Origin: an uncultured Planctomycetales bacterium
GTDB lineage: Bacteria > Omnitrophota > Gorgyraeia > Zapsychrales > JAHFFX01
NCBI GenBank assembly: GCA_964464475.1
Contig: CAYXGG010000002.1
Coordinates: forward strand, 9,322-73,321
Reading direction: 5' to 3'
Length of the DNA stretch: 64,000 bases
The notes below the pieces were generated by a model. The model was given only the letters and a program-made list of their open reading frames with translations, searched no databases and was not told the origin of the DNA. This document shows positions 40,112 through 50,497 of this stretch, in pieces (the stretch's first letter is position 1; every line of letters begins with the position of its first letter). Made by a program: the position numbers and the translations under genes.

Positions 40112-41137
40112 CTACGCGCCTCGCGCATGGTTTATCCCTTGCTCGACTATTCTTGCAATTAATTGCGCATAAGGTATTTCCGACTTCTCCGCGGATAGCG
40201 CCAATTCATCCACTTTCGCCACGCAAGGATTAGCGTTCGCTTCAATAATAAAAACCTCTCCCTGTGCCGTCACGCGGATATCAAAACGCGCGTAGGCATC
40301 TAACCCCAGCGCCCGATAAGCCCTTTTGGCAACATCATGGATCTTAGATTCAAGCCCTTCTGCCAAACGTCCTACTGCAACACTTTTAATTCCCCAACGA
40401 TCGCGATAAATATCGTCCCACTTAGCTTTGTAGGTCGCGATTCTCGGCTCATCCTCAGGTAATTGCCCAAAATTCAATTCACGTAACGGTAATACGTCAA
40501 GTTTTTTGCGACCCATCACGCTGACATACATTTCGCGACCATCCACATACTCTTCAACAATCGCATCTAACTCCATTTTTTGATGAATAAATCTGACTCG
40601 TTCCACTAATGCCGCCGGATCATCGACCACGGAAGCCTGAGAAATCCCCCGAGACGCCTCCTCGCTTAACGGCTTAACAATAGCTGGCAAGCGAAACTTA
40701 GCTGGCACACGAATTCGTTCATTTCTAAGAAATACATGAAAATGCGGAGTCCGGATCCGGTGGAAGGTCAAAATTTTTTTGGTCAGCGCCTTATCATTGC
40801 ATATCATCAATGCGGCCGGAGAACATCCCGTGAAAGGAATCCCCAGCATCTCAATAAAGGCCGCGGCGTTCTTATCCCAGCGGGTTTTCTCGGCAAACAT
40901 ATCAACCATGTTAAAAATCACATCGGGCCGATTCTCCTTCACCTCTTCTAACAAAATGGATAAATCGTTATATAATCCCAGCACCCTGACCCCATAACCG
41001 TTATCCAAGAGCGCCTGGTAAACATCTTTTTCTGTGTACATGTTATTCGGGTCAGCAAACTCCTGTTTAAATTCATAACCCCGCGGACAAAAATAGGGCG
41101 CGTTAAAAAGTAACAATACTTTAAGAGCTGGTTTCAT
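40112..41137 (-). CDS. D-Ala-D-Ala-ligase-like ATP-grasp enzyme
   Basis: DKALTK, VKP..E.AS.GI, EEYVDGRE, ARFDIR, EANANP; lacks the Ddl N-terminal GGxSxE motif. Confidence 0.85.
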   Translation of the reverse strand: MKPALKVLLLFNAPYFCPRGYEFKQEFADPNNMYTEKDVYQALLDNGYGVRVLGLYNDLSILLEEVKENRPDVIFNMVDMFAEKTRWDKNAAAFIEMLGIPFTGCSPAALMICNDKALTKKILTFHRIRTPHFHVFLRNERIRVPAKFRLPAIVKPLSEEASRGISQASVVDDPAALVERVRFIHQKMELDAIVEEYVDGREMYVSVMGRKKLDVLPLRELNFGQLPEDEPRIATYKAKWDDIYRDRWGIKSVAVGRLAEGLESKIHDVAKRAYRALGLDAYARFDIRVTAQGEVFIIEANANPCVAKVDELALSAEKSEIPYAQLIARIVEQGINHARGA

Positions 41138-42189
41138 CGCTGACGCTCCTTGCCCCGATAGCGTCCGGTATATTGATAATTCATGACCAACGTCGTTAAG
41201 TACGCAACCACCCTCATCATCGCTAATGGCTCTCCCTCACCGGTAACCAACGACAATTGCCGGCACCGCCCAGAAATTTTATCTAATAAACCCGCCACAA
41301 TATATTGCTTCTCCCCCGTGCAGCGGGAAACATCACGTTGAATCATTTCGCGATATTTCTCGATAATCTTAGCGGCCGCCTGCCAACTAGCGATCTCTTT
41401 GGCAACGACTGCCTGCTCATCCTTTAAACTTTTAAACATCGTCAGCAGCTGCCAGTCATGAAAATCCGGCAATTCTTCCGCCCATAAATCTTTCTTGCGC
41501 TTATAAAAACTTCGTAACGTCATTTTGAGTGTCGCCAATCGCCAATATTTTTTTTGGCTTTTATTCACAACGGGACGATCGGCAATTTGCCGCATTAGTT
41601 TGTCTACAAATTCCAGTTTCTGCAACGCTTTCCATCCAGCGTAATTTTTGCGCCAATCCATTCCCGGTGTCAACCAGACTGCAAAAGTCTCCACAAAATC
41701 TTCGTCGGGATGGTATTGCGCATACCCATTGGCCAGATGGCGGACATAACTCTTACTGTAGGGACGGAATCGATAGGTATCAGGATAATGCTGATTAGAA
41801 TCGCCAAACATTTTTTTCCAACCAGGTTTGTGCTGTAACCGATAGGCATAACACAAAGCATGTCCGGCCTCATGTCTTAACAATTTCAGACACTCGTCCG
41901 TTGAATCGCCTTCCGCCTCCAGCAACATTTTCTTTTCCAACGCGATCAAGCGCGGATGTGCCAAATAAAAAGGAATGCCGATGCAGGTTTCATACTGGGG
42001 AGTGAGCCATTCGTCGGCCAAATAACACGTAGGGCGAAACACAATAGACCGTGCGGCCAGTTCATCATGAACCTGGCGCACGCACGCTTCGAGCCAAGTT
42101 CCGGGAATTGCAATCGGCAAATCGCAAAGCCGAATATCAAGCAACTGTTCTTCTGAAATAGCTTGCCAATCAATAACGCTTGAGGACAT
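41134..42189 (-). CDS. Putative zinc-binding metallopeptidase (Peptidase_Mx-like)
   Basis: LRHEAGHA, YAQYHPDEDFVETFAVWL. Confidence 0.85.
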   Translation of the reverse strand: MSSSVIDWQAISEEQLLDIRLCDLPIAIPGTWLEACVRQVHDELAARSIVFRPTCYLADEWLTPQYETCIGIPFYLAHPRLIALEKKMLLEAEGDSTDECLKLLRHEAGHALCYAYRLQHKPGWKKMFGDSNQHYPDTYRFRPYSKSYVRHLANGYAQYHPDEDFVETFAVWLTPGMDWRKNYAGWKALQKLEFVDKLMRQIADRPVVNKSQKKYWRLATLKMTLRSFYKRKKDLWAEELPDFHDWQLLTMFKSLKDEQAVVAKEIASWQAAAKIIEKYREMIQRDVSRCTGEKQYIVAGLLDKISGRCRQLSLVTGEGEPLAMMRVVAYLTTLVMNYQYTGRYRGKERQR

Positions 42190-42195
42190 GCTCCC

Positions 42196-42870
42196 TTAGA
42201 GCGATTCTCGCTCGATTTGTTGGACAACCTCTTCGGCCTGACGAACCAAATGAGCCGGAATAAGCTTTAAAACTTCCATATCATGCTTAAACGATCTAAA
42301 AGCGTTCACAAATCGTCGGACCGATGCTTCCGCGCGCTTATCTCGTTCAACTTCAGGATCGACTTCTTTTCGCTGCTTCATCAGCTGCGTCAAATCTTTA
42401 CGGACCAGCGTCGCATCTTTGCCTTTTTGAAAAACGGCCTCTTTTAAATTCTGGTAATCGCTACGCGTAATGTCTTTCTTTTCTTTGGCGTTACGTAATA
42501 CGTTGACGGTCTCGTATTCTGCGATTTTGGCAGCGGGTTCTTCAGCTCCATAATTATCACTTAAATAGCGTGGCTCCTCTTTCTCCAAAAAGAAATAGGA
42601 TCTCAGCAATTTCACGGCAGTCGCTTTGCGAATACCGACTTCCTTCGTAATGTACGTCTCAAATTTTTCATATCCCCACACTTTAAATAATTTATCTTTC
42701 CAAACAGTATAAAGAACCCGCCCGAGATTCACCCAGGACAGCTTGAAATCCTTAGAACTCTCCTGCGCCATCTGACGGATCGCAGTATCATTCTGAGTTG
42801 ATAAATCTTTCTTTTCGACTTCATCTATTACCGACTTTAATGACGGACGCTGCAGGCTCGACATACCCAT
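42196..42870 (-). CDS. Alpha-helical hypothetical protein
   Basis: FK.SW..LG..L..VWKDKLF..WGY..F..Y...E.GIRK.TA.KL pattern; coupled in the operon. Confidence 0.75.
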   Translation of the reverse strand: MGMSSLQRPSLKSVIDEVEKKDLSTQNDTAIRQMAQESSKDFKLSWVNLGRVLYTVWKDKLFKVWGYEKFETYITKEVGIRKATAVKLLRSYFFLEKEEPRYLSDNYGAEEPAAKIAEYETVNVLRNAKEKKDITRSDYQNLKEAVFQKGKDATLVRKDLTQLMKQRKEVDPEVERDKRAEASVRRFVNAFRSFKHDMEVLKLIPAHLVRQAEEVVQQIERESL

Positions 42871-42906
42871 AACCTTTCTCTTTCTGAAATACCACTAAGA
42901 CAGAAC

Positions 42907-45366
42907 CTAAACTTTCCAAATCTCGCGGGCGTACTCTTGAATAGCACGATCGCTGGAAAACCGTCCAGAATGCGCAACATTGAGAATTGACTTCTGGGCC
43001 CATTGCGCTTCATCGTCATAGGCCTCATCCACCAATTCCTGCGTTGCGCAATAACTTTCGAAATCCGCACAGACCAAAAAAGGATCGTAATTATACACCG
43101 AATGCACCAGCGGATTAAAAATACCTGGCTCATACGGAGCAAAATGATTCGCATTAATCAAATTAAAAATTTCACTCAAGACCGGTGATTTCTGAATATA
43201 GACCTTGGGATCATATCCACGCTGGCGCAGCCGTTCAATTTCATCGGTCCTCAATCCAAAAATAAAAATGTTATCTTGACCGACGGCTTGGGCGATCTCA
43301 ATATTCGCCCCGTCCCACGTGCCGATCGTCAAAGCGCCATTGACCATAAACTTCATATTTCCGGTACCAGAGGCCTCGGTTCCGGCCGTCGAAATTTGCT
43401 CGGACAAATCCGCCGCCGGAAATATTTTCTCCGCCAAGGAAACCCGATAATTCTCCAGGAAAACAACTTTTAATTTTCCTTTAAGGGACTTATCGTTATT
43501 GATGACCTCGCCCACGCTATTAATAAACTTAATGATCAATTTTGCCGTGTAATACCCCGGAGCCGCCTTACCTCCAACGAAAAAGGTACGCGGCGGAAAA
43601 ACCGCCCGGGGATTATTCTTTACTTTAAGGTATTGAGCGATCATAAAAAAAGCGAATAACAACTGCCGTTTATATTCATGAATGCGTTTTACCTGAACAT
43701 CAAACATAGACGAAGGATCGATCTTCTGATCGGATACCATCTCCAAATACTTGGCCAAAAATTCCTTATTGCTCCTTTTAGCTTTAATCCATTGTTTGAC
43801 AAATGCGGCGTTATTCTTAAACGCGGCCAGCCCTTTGAGTTGATTTAAATCTACCGGCCAACGGTCGCCTATTGTTTCGGTAATCAACTTGGACAACTGC
43901 CGATTGGCTTTTAGTAACCACCGACGTGGGGCGATCCCATTTGTCTTAGAATTGAACTTCTGCGGAGACAACTCAAAAAAATCCTTAAACAACCTTGTTT
44001 GCAATAGTTCCGAGTGTAACGTTGAAACACCGTTGACCGAATGGCTGCCGATAATGCATAAATACGCCATCCTAATCTTTTTAGGATCACTTTCATCGAT
44101 GATCGACATCCGACGCAAACGCCCGGCATCTCCGGGAAAACGATTAGCCACCTCCTGTAGAAAGCGCAAATTAATTTCATAAATAATCTGCAAATGCCTC
44201 GGCAGCACGCGATCCAACAGCGGGACCGGCCAGCACTCAAGCGCTTCCGGCATGATCGTATGGTTAGTATAAGCGAACGTCTCGGTCACGATCTTCCAGG
44301 CTTCTTCCCAGGTCAAAATATAATCATCCAGCAACACACGCATCAATTCCACGATAGCGAGTGACGGATGGGTATCATTAAGCTGAATCGCGGCCTTTTT
44401 AGGTAAGTCACGGATATCCTCATTCTCCGTTTTGAATCGGCGGATAATATCGGCAATAGATGCGGCGGTAAAAAAATATTCCTGTTTGAGGCGAAGCTCT
44501 TTTCCCTGACTCACGTCATCATTAGGATAAAGCACTTTGGAAATATTCTCCGAGAACATTTTCTGGTAAACGGCCTGTTCATAATCCCCGTCATTAAAAT
44601 AATCAAAATCAAATTCGGACGTGCTTCGCGCTGCCCAAAGCCTTAAGGTGTTCACCACGTCATTCTGGTATCCGGGGATAGGAATATCATACGCGACGGC
44701 CAGAACGTCCTGGCTTTCAATCCATTTAAAACATAATCGCCCTTCTTCATCTTGATACATGTGGGGTCGACCATAAAACTGAACCCGAACCGTATATTCT
44801 GGTCGAACAATTTCCCAAGGGTTCCCTTTAACGAGCCATTCATCAGGATGTTCAATCTGATACCCATTTTCAATTTGCTGACGAAAAATCCCGTAATCAT
44901 ATCGAATACCATAGCCGTGCGCCGGAATTCCCAGCGTCGCCATTGAATCCAGATAACAGGCGGCCAGCCGACCCAGCCCGCCATTCCCTAATCCCGCGTC
45001 CACTTCTGCTTCTCGTAAATCATCCAAATCAATCCCCAGCGAACCCATAGCATTTTTAACTTCTTCATGAAGCCCTAAGTTAAAAACATTGGTCCCCAGC
45101 AATCGCCCGATGAGAAACTCCATGGATAAATAATAAACCCGCTTGAGATTCTCTTTATGATAACGCTGTTGAGTTTTAATCCACCGCTCCACGAGGCGTT
45201 CCCGCACCGCCAGCGACAACGCGAGATAATCGTCAAATTTAGTGGCTGTATAATCGGTTTTGGCCATGGTAAAGAATCGATGCATCTTAAAAGAATTCAT
45301 GATGCCATCTTTAGACATAGCCTTAGGCAGAATGTCCCACTGCGTTTCGTCTTTTTTTCTCGTCAT
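42907..45366 (-). CDS. glgP: Glycogen/alpha-glucan phosphorylase
   Basis: GLGNGGLGRLAAC, QLNDTHP, KRIHEYKRQ, EASGTGNMKF. Confidence 0.97.
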   Translation of the reverse strand: MTRKKDETQWDILPKAMSKDGIMNSFKMHRFFTMAKTDYTATKFDDYLALSLAVRERLVERWIKTQQRYHKENLKRVYYLSMEFLIGRLLGTNVFNLGLHEEVKNAMGSLGIDLDDLREAEVDAGLGNGGLGRLAACYLDSMATLGIPAHGYGIRYDYGIFRQQIENGYQIEHPDEWLVKGNPWEIVRPEYTVRVQFYGRPHMYQDEEGRLCFKWIESQDVLAVAYDIPIPGYQNDVVNTLRLWAARSTSEFDFDYFNDGDYEQAVYQKMFSENISKVLYPNDDVSQGKELRLKQEYFFTAASIADIIRRFKTENEDIRDLPKKAAIQLNDTHPSLAIVELMRVLLDDYILTWEEAWKIVTETFAYTNHTIMPEALECWPVPLLDRVLPRHLQIIYEINLRFLQEVANRFPGDAGRLRRMSIIDESDPKKIRMAYLCIIGSHSVNGVSTLHSELLQTRLFKDFFELSPQKFNSKTNGIAPRRWLLKANRQLSKLITETIGDRWPVDLNQLKGLAAFKNNAAFVKQWIKAKRSNKEFLAKYLEMVSDQKIDPSSMFDVQVKRIHEYKRQLLFAFFMIAQYLKVKNNPRAVFPPRTFFVGGKAAPGYYTAKLIIKFINSVGEVINNDKSLKGKLKVVFLENYRVSLAEKIFPAADLSEQISTAGTEASGTGNMKFMVNGALTIGTWDGANIEIAQAVGQDNIFIFGLRTDEIERLRQRGYDPKVYIQKSPVLSEIFNLINANHFAPYEPGIFNPLVHSVYNYDPFLVCADFESYCATQELVDEAYDDEAQWAQKSILNVAHSGRFSSDRAIQEYAREIWKV

Positions 45367-45369
45367 AAT

Positions 45370-46308
45370 TTATATCCGTTTAATAGTCACATTACGCACA
45401 ACTCGGTCAAAAACTTTATAATTCAATTTTCCCGGGACCCATTCATAACCATTCGCCGAGGCAGCGGCCATAGCCAGTGTCAGCGTTTGCGCCAAGGACA
45501 AATGGCGCGACCATCCAGCCAGCAATCCCGCCACTAAGCCGTCCCCGCAACCCACCTCGTGCAAACGCTTCGGAATCGATGGACGCGTGACTTGATACAC
45601 TTCCCCGGCAAATCCAGCCACAAAACCGGCTTTCCCCAAAGAAATAACCGGAATCGTCACTCCCTGCCGCCAAAATGATTCAATCGCTTTCTTTAACCGC
45701 GATGAGGTACTTAAAGAATACCCCAACCAGCGCTCCGCCTCTTCTCGATTAGGCTTAACACAAAACGGTTTTTCTTTTATCGCGGCTGTCAACGCCGAAC
45801 CGCTTAAATCTAAAATAATTTTAGCGGACTGTTTTGCTTTTTTGATCAGTTGGCGCAATAAGGTTTCAGAAAACCCCTCAGGTAAACTGCCACAAAAAGC
45901 CACCCAAGACCTCCCCCGAGTAATCCTGACCAATTCTTTAAGCACCCGTTGTGACTCTCGCGATGAAAGTCGCGGGCCATGCCCTAATACGCGAGTCACT
46001 TGGCCGAGAGAAACATCAACCAAACTTTCATTAATCCGGGTCGCCCCGGAAACCTCAACGCATCGAGCTCCTATTTCCTCCCGACGCAATTCTTCCCTCA
46101 ACCATTCTCCAGACTTTCCGCCGGCAATCCCTACCGCTAGAGCAGACACCTTCAACTGCTTAAGCGTTCTTACGACATTAATGCCTTTTCCCCCGGCGCT
46201 GACCCATTCCGCTTGCGAACGGACATCCTGTCCTTGGCGCCATCTAGGCAGCACGCTAAATTTGTCCAGAGCAGGATTCAACGTAATCGTCACGATGGCA
46301 GGAGTCAT
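45370..46308 (-). CDS. 1-phosphofructokinase-type PfkB sugar kinase
   Basis: TLNPALD, GGKGINV, KPNREE, VGCGD; the ORF-track N-terminal extension is repeat-derived. Confidence 0.9.
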   Translation of the reverse strand: MTPAIVTITLNPALDKFSVLPRWRQGQDVRSQAEWVSAGGKGINVVRTLKQLKVSALAVGIAGGKSGEWLREELRREEIGARCVEVSGATRINESLVDVSLGQVTRVLGHGPRLSSRESQRVLKELVRITRGRSWVAFCGSLPEGFSETLLRQLIKKAKQSAKIILDLSGSALTAAIKEKPFCVKPNREEAERWLGYSLSTSSRLKKAIESFWRQGVTIPVISLGKAGFVAGFAGEVYQVTRPSIPKRLHEVGCGDGLVAGLLAGWSRHLSLAQTLTLAMAAASANGYEWVPGKLNYKVFDRVVRNVTIKRI

Positions 46309-46362
46309 GAATAGGAAATCTATTGACCTTTCTACTACTAATGATGGATTTGCGGTAGTCAA

Positions 46363-46413
46363 CCCGCCTGCCCGTCTCGCTGATGGCGAGCCGAGGCGGA
46401 CCGGCGAGGCAGG
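46363..46413 (-). repeat. REP-like 21-mer CCTGCCTCGCCGGCAGGCGGG interrupted by a 30-nt hairpin
   Basis: Absent from MITE copies 1 and 2. Confidence 0.75.
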
Positions 46414-46448
46414 CACCGCCTTTTCTCGAAGAGAAGAAAGGTCTAATA

Positions 46449-46469
46449 CCTGCCCGTCCGGCAGGCGGG
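46449..46469 (+). repeat. REP-like 21-mer CCTGCCCGTCCGGCAGGCGGG
   Basis: Absent from MITE copies 1 and 2; inverted relative to the other REP. Confidence 0.75.
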
Positions 46470-46515
46470 CTTCCTTACAATCGCTGGAAGAGAAAAGGCC
46501 AGTAAAAATAAAAAT

Positions 46516-47328
46516 TTAATCTAACAGCGGATTTGGATGCAAGAAATTATAACTAAAGCGCCGCTTAAACTTTTCGTTAGAAACAACCTTATAACTTAAT
46601 GGTTCTTCGTTAGAAAACTGTGGTGGTTCTTCTCCGCGTTTTTGGGACCAGGCAACGTAGACATCTTTACGTTTCGGATGTTCATCGGCACAAGCATTAA
46701 AGACTTCTCCACGGCAATCCACCTGAATAATTTCACTAATAATCTTCACGCAGTCATCAAGGTGAATTAAATTCATAGGCGCATCAGCATGCTCTTTAAC
46801 AACCGGCCCGCGTGTACTGCCTGGCCAACGACCTTCTCCATACATTCCCGCAAAACGAACAACGGTAGACTCAAACTGCAACTCCATCATCAAGCGGTCC
46901 TCGATATCAACCAAAGCCTTAGACCGCGCATTATGACCGACAACCTCATCTTTTTCCGTAACCGTACCGTTGGTCTCAGGGTAAATGGATGTCGAACTGG
47001 CAAAAACCAAAAGACTTACCGGTGACACCGCCAAATTCAGCAAAACCGCCTCAATCTGATCTCGATACATTTGTGGGTCGGCCAGATTTTTCTTGAAGGG
47101 AATATTCAAAAAAAGCACGTCGGCATCAAGAAAACCTTCGATATCATCGGCGTTGATTTGAGGCTCACAATTCACCAAATAAGGCTCAATCCCAGCAGCT
47201 CGCAAAGTCATCAGCTTTTCAGGTGTCGTCGTTGATCCTTTAACCTTATAGCCTTGCTTCAACAAATTTTTGGCCAAGGGAAAGCCAAGCCACCCGCACC
47301 CTAATACGCTAACCGTTTTTCGTGCCAT
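46516..47328 (-). CDS. Atypical SDR / NAD(P)-dependent epimerase-like protein (YeeZ-like)
   Basis: GCGWLG, SSTSIY, RFAGMYG, NLIHLDD. Confidence 0.88.
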   Translation of the reverse strand: MARKTVSVLGCGWLGFPLAKNLLKQGYKVKGSTTTPEKLMTLRAAGIEPYLVNCEPQINADDIEGFLDADVLFLNIPFKKNLADPQMYRDQIEAVLLNLAVSPVSLLVFASSTSIYPETNGTVTEKDEVVGHNARSKALVDIEDRLMMELQFESTVVRFAGMYGEGRWPGSTRGPVVKEHADAPMNLIHLDDCVKIISEIIQVDCRGEVFNACADEHPKRKDVYVAWSQKRGEEPPQFSNEEPLSYKVVSNEKFKRRFSYNFLHPNPLLD

Positions 47329-47343
47329 GCTTAATCTTTATTA

Positions 47344-47808
47344 TTAATTTAAATAGGCTTCCAGCTCGACCCAAGTTTTCTGGCCTACGATGCCATCTGC
47401 CTTCAATCGATGCCCTCGCTGAAACTCCGCGATTGCCTGTTTAGTCTTACGACCGATTTTTCCATCAATCGGGCCGGAATAATAACCCGCGCCAGCCAAT
47501 GCCGTTTGAACCTGCTCGGCGCTAACATTGACCCGGATAATTCCCTCTCGTGAAGAATTCGTCGTGTAATTGGTTGTCGTCGTTGAATGAATAGCCGAGC
47601 GGAGCTGATCAGTTTGTCGGTCTTTTAATTCTGAGGAAAGACTATCCACTTCGTCTCGCAATTTCTCGATCTCAGAATCTTTACCGTCTAACTCTTGCTC
47701 CAAAGCGACCATTCGGGACTGAACACTGTTGATATCCGCACTTTTCCGCGCTGTCGCACATCCTGAAACCGTGACCATTAACAATATCGTTAGTAGAACT
47801 CTCACCAC
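47344..47808 (-). CDS. Lipoprotein with coiled coil and peptidoglycan-binding domain
   Basis: Lipobox VSGC; VQTAL...Y.G.IDG..G..T..AI..FQ...L.ADGIVG..TW; AGGAGG RBS supports a GTG start near 47808. Confidence 0.88.
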   Translation of the reverse strand: MVRVLLTILLMVTVSGCATARKSADINSVQSRMVALEQELDGKDSEIEKLRDEVDSLSSELKDRQTDQLRSAIHSTTTTNYTTNSSREGIIRVNVSAEQVQTALAGAGYYSGPIDGKIGRKTKQAIAEFQRGHRLKADGIVGQKTWVELEAYLN

Positions 47809-48059
47809 CGTCACCCTCCTGATTGATGTGTTATTGTTATGACCTTTCAACGATAAAGATGATTAATGTAGCTAGGCTTGTTTTCCTTAACGTCTTCCGA
47901 AAGGGAGAGACTCATTATTGCTACGGCCAACCAAGGCTTCGCAGGACAGCCCATCCATAAACAAAAAATCCCTAAAAAACGAAATCATTTTAGCAACAAA
48001 CTTTCTGGCTGCCTACGATGTTTCCATTTTTTTCAAAATAAAGATTACGCCAGATAGGG

Positions 48060-49726
<1,667 letters not shown>

Positions 49727-49741
49727 CAATAAAAAGAATTT

Positions 49742-50359
49742 TTATTTAGCGTATTTAACCGAACAACCGTAGGATTTCGTAGACGGTTCCGAAACCGGAT
49801 TACCAGCCATAGCTTCATCCAAAGCTGCTTTAACATAATTCTTAGCTACCGCGACATCAGCGACGTCAAAAGAAGATTTATCGTCAATCGCACCCTGATA
49901 AATCAGATTTCCTTCCGGATTAATCACGTACATATGGGGCGTGGTCTTAGCCGCGTACAGCTTGCCGACTATGCCATCCGGATCCAATAAAATGGCTGTG
50001 GGAACACCGCCCTTTGATTCCATCATCTGAGCGTGTTCGGCGGCAGGATAATTGCCTTCTTTACCTTCAGCGGATGAATTAATGGAAAGCCAAACGACAT
50101 CTTTTTGGGTATACGATTTTTGTAAAGCCTGCATATTACCGCTTTGATAATGCTTCACCACAAACGGACAATCATGATTAAACCATTCCAAAACAACAAA
50201 TTTGCCCTTGAATTCGGACAGCGAGCGTTCCGCCCCCGTCACATCTTTCAATTTAAAATCCGGAGCTGCCTGACCGACCGTGACATCACTCTGGGCTTTT
50301 AAATGAGTAAAGAAAACCATCCCCGCAACTAAACTCAAAATCAATACTGTTTTACGCAT
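49742..50359 (-). CDS. Exported thioredoxin-fold redoxin (AhpC/TSA-like)
   Basis: Signal peptide, APDF.L, WFNHDCPFV, TTPHMY, YGCSVK. Confidence 0.88.
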   Translation of the reverse strand: MRKTVLILSLVAGMVFFTHLKAQSDVTVGQAAPDFKLKDVTGAERSLSEFKGKFVVLEWFNHDCPFVVKHYQSGNMQALQKSYTQKDVVWLSINSSAEGKEGNYPAAEHAQMMESKGGVPTAILLDPDGIVGKLYAAKTTPHMYVINPEGNLIYQGAIDDKSSFDVADVAVAKNYVKAALDEAMAGNPVSEPSTKSYGCSVKYAK

Positions 50360-50497
50360 GTCCTTCTCCTTAAAATTATGATGTTATTATTTCCGACAAG
50401 ATTGACCACAGTAAGAAATCTCAAACGATGCGTTAGTATATCCCTAAAAAAAAGGCGTGCAAGCTCTTTCTTCACCGCCTGGATTTAGCATTCGAAC

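Larger units (their letters stand above)
46321..46504 (+). mobile_element. TA-flanked palindromic MITE, copy 3, with nested REP-like inserts
   Basis: Same termini and GAAGAGAAGAAAGGTCTAATA core as the other copies, plus inserts at 46363-46413 and 46449-46469. Confidence 0.88.

Noticed and set aside
46309-46416. N-terminal extension MPASPVRLGSPSARRAGG... of the PfkB kinase
   Set aside because: It is a translation of the nested repeat; the family-typical start is MTPAIVTITLNPA at 46308
45842-46519. 225-aa plus-strand ORF (and similar ones such as 48217-48969)
   Set aside because: Antisense shadows of well-supported minus-strand genes; this one also runs through the MITE; no recognisable motifs or RBS
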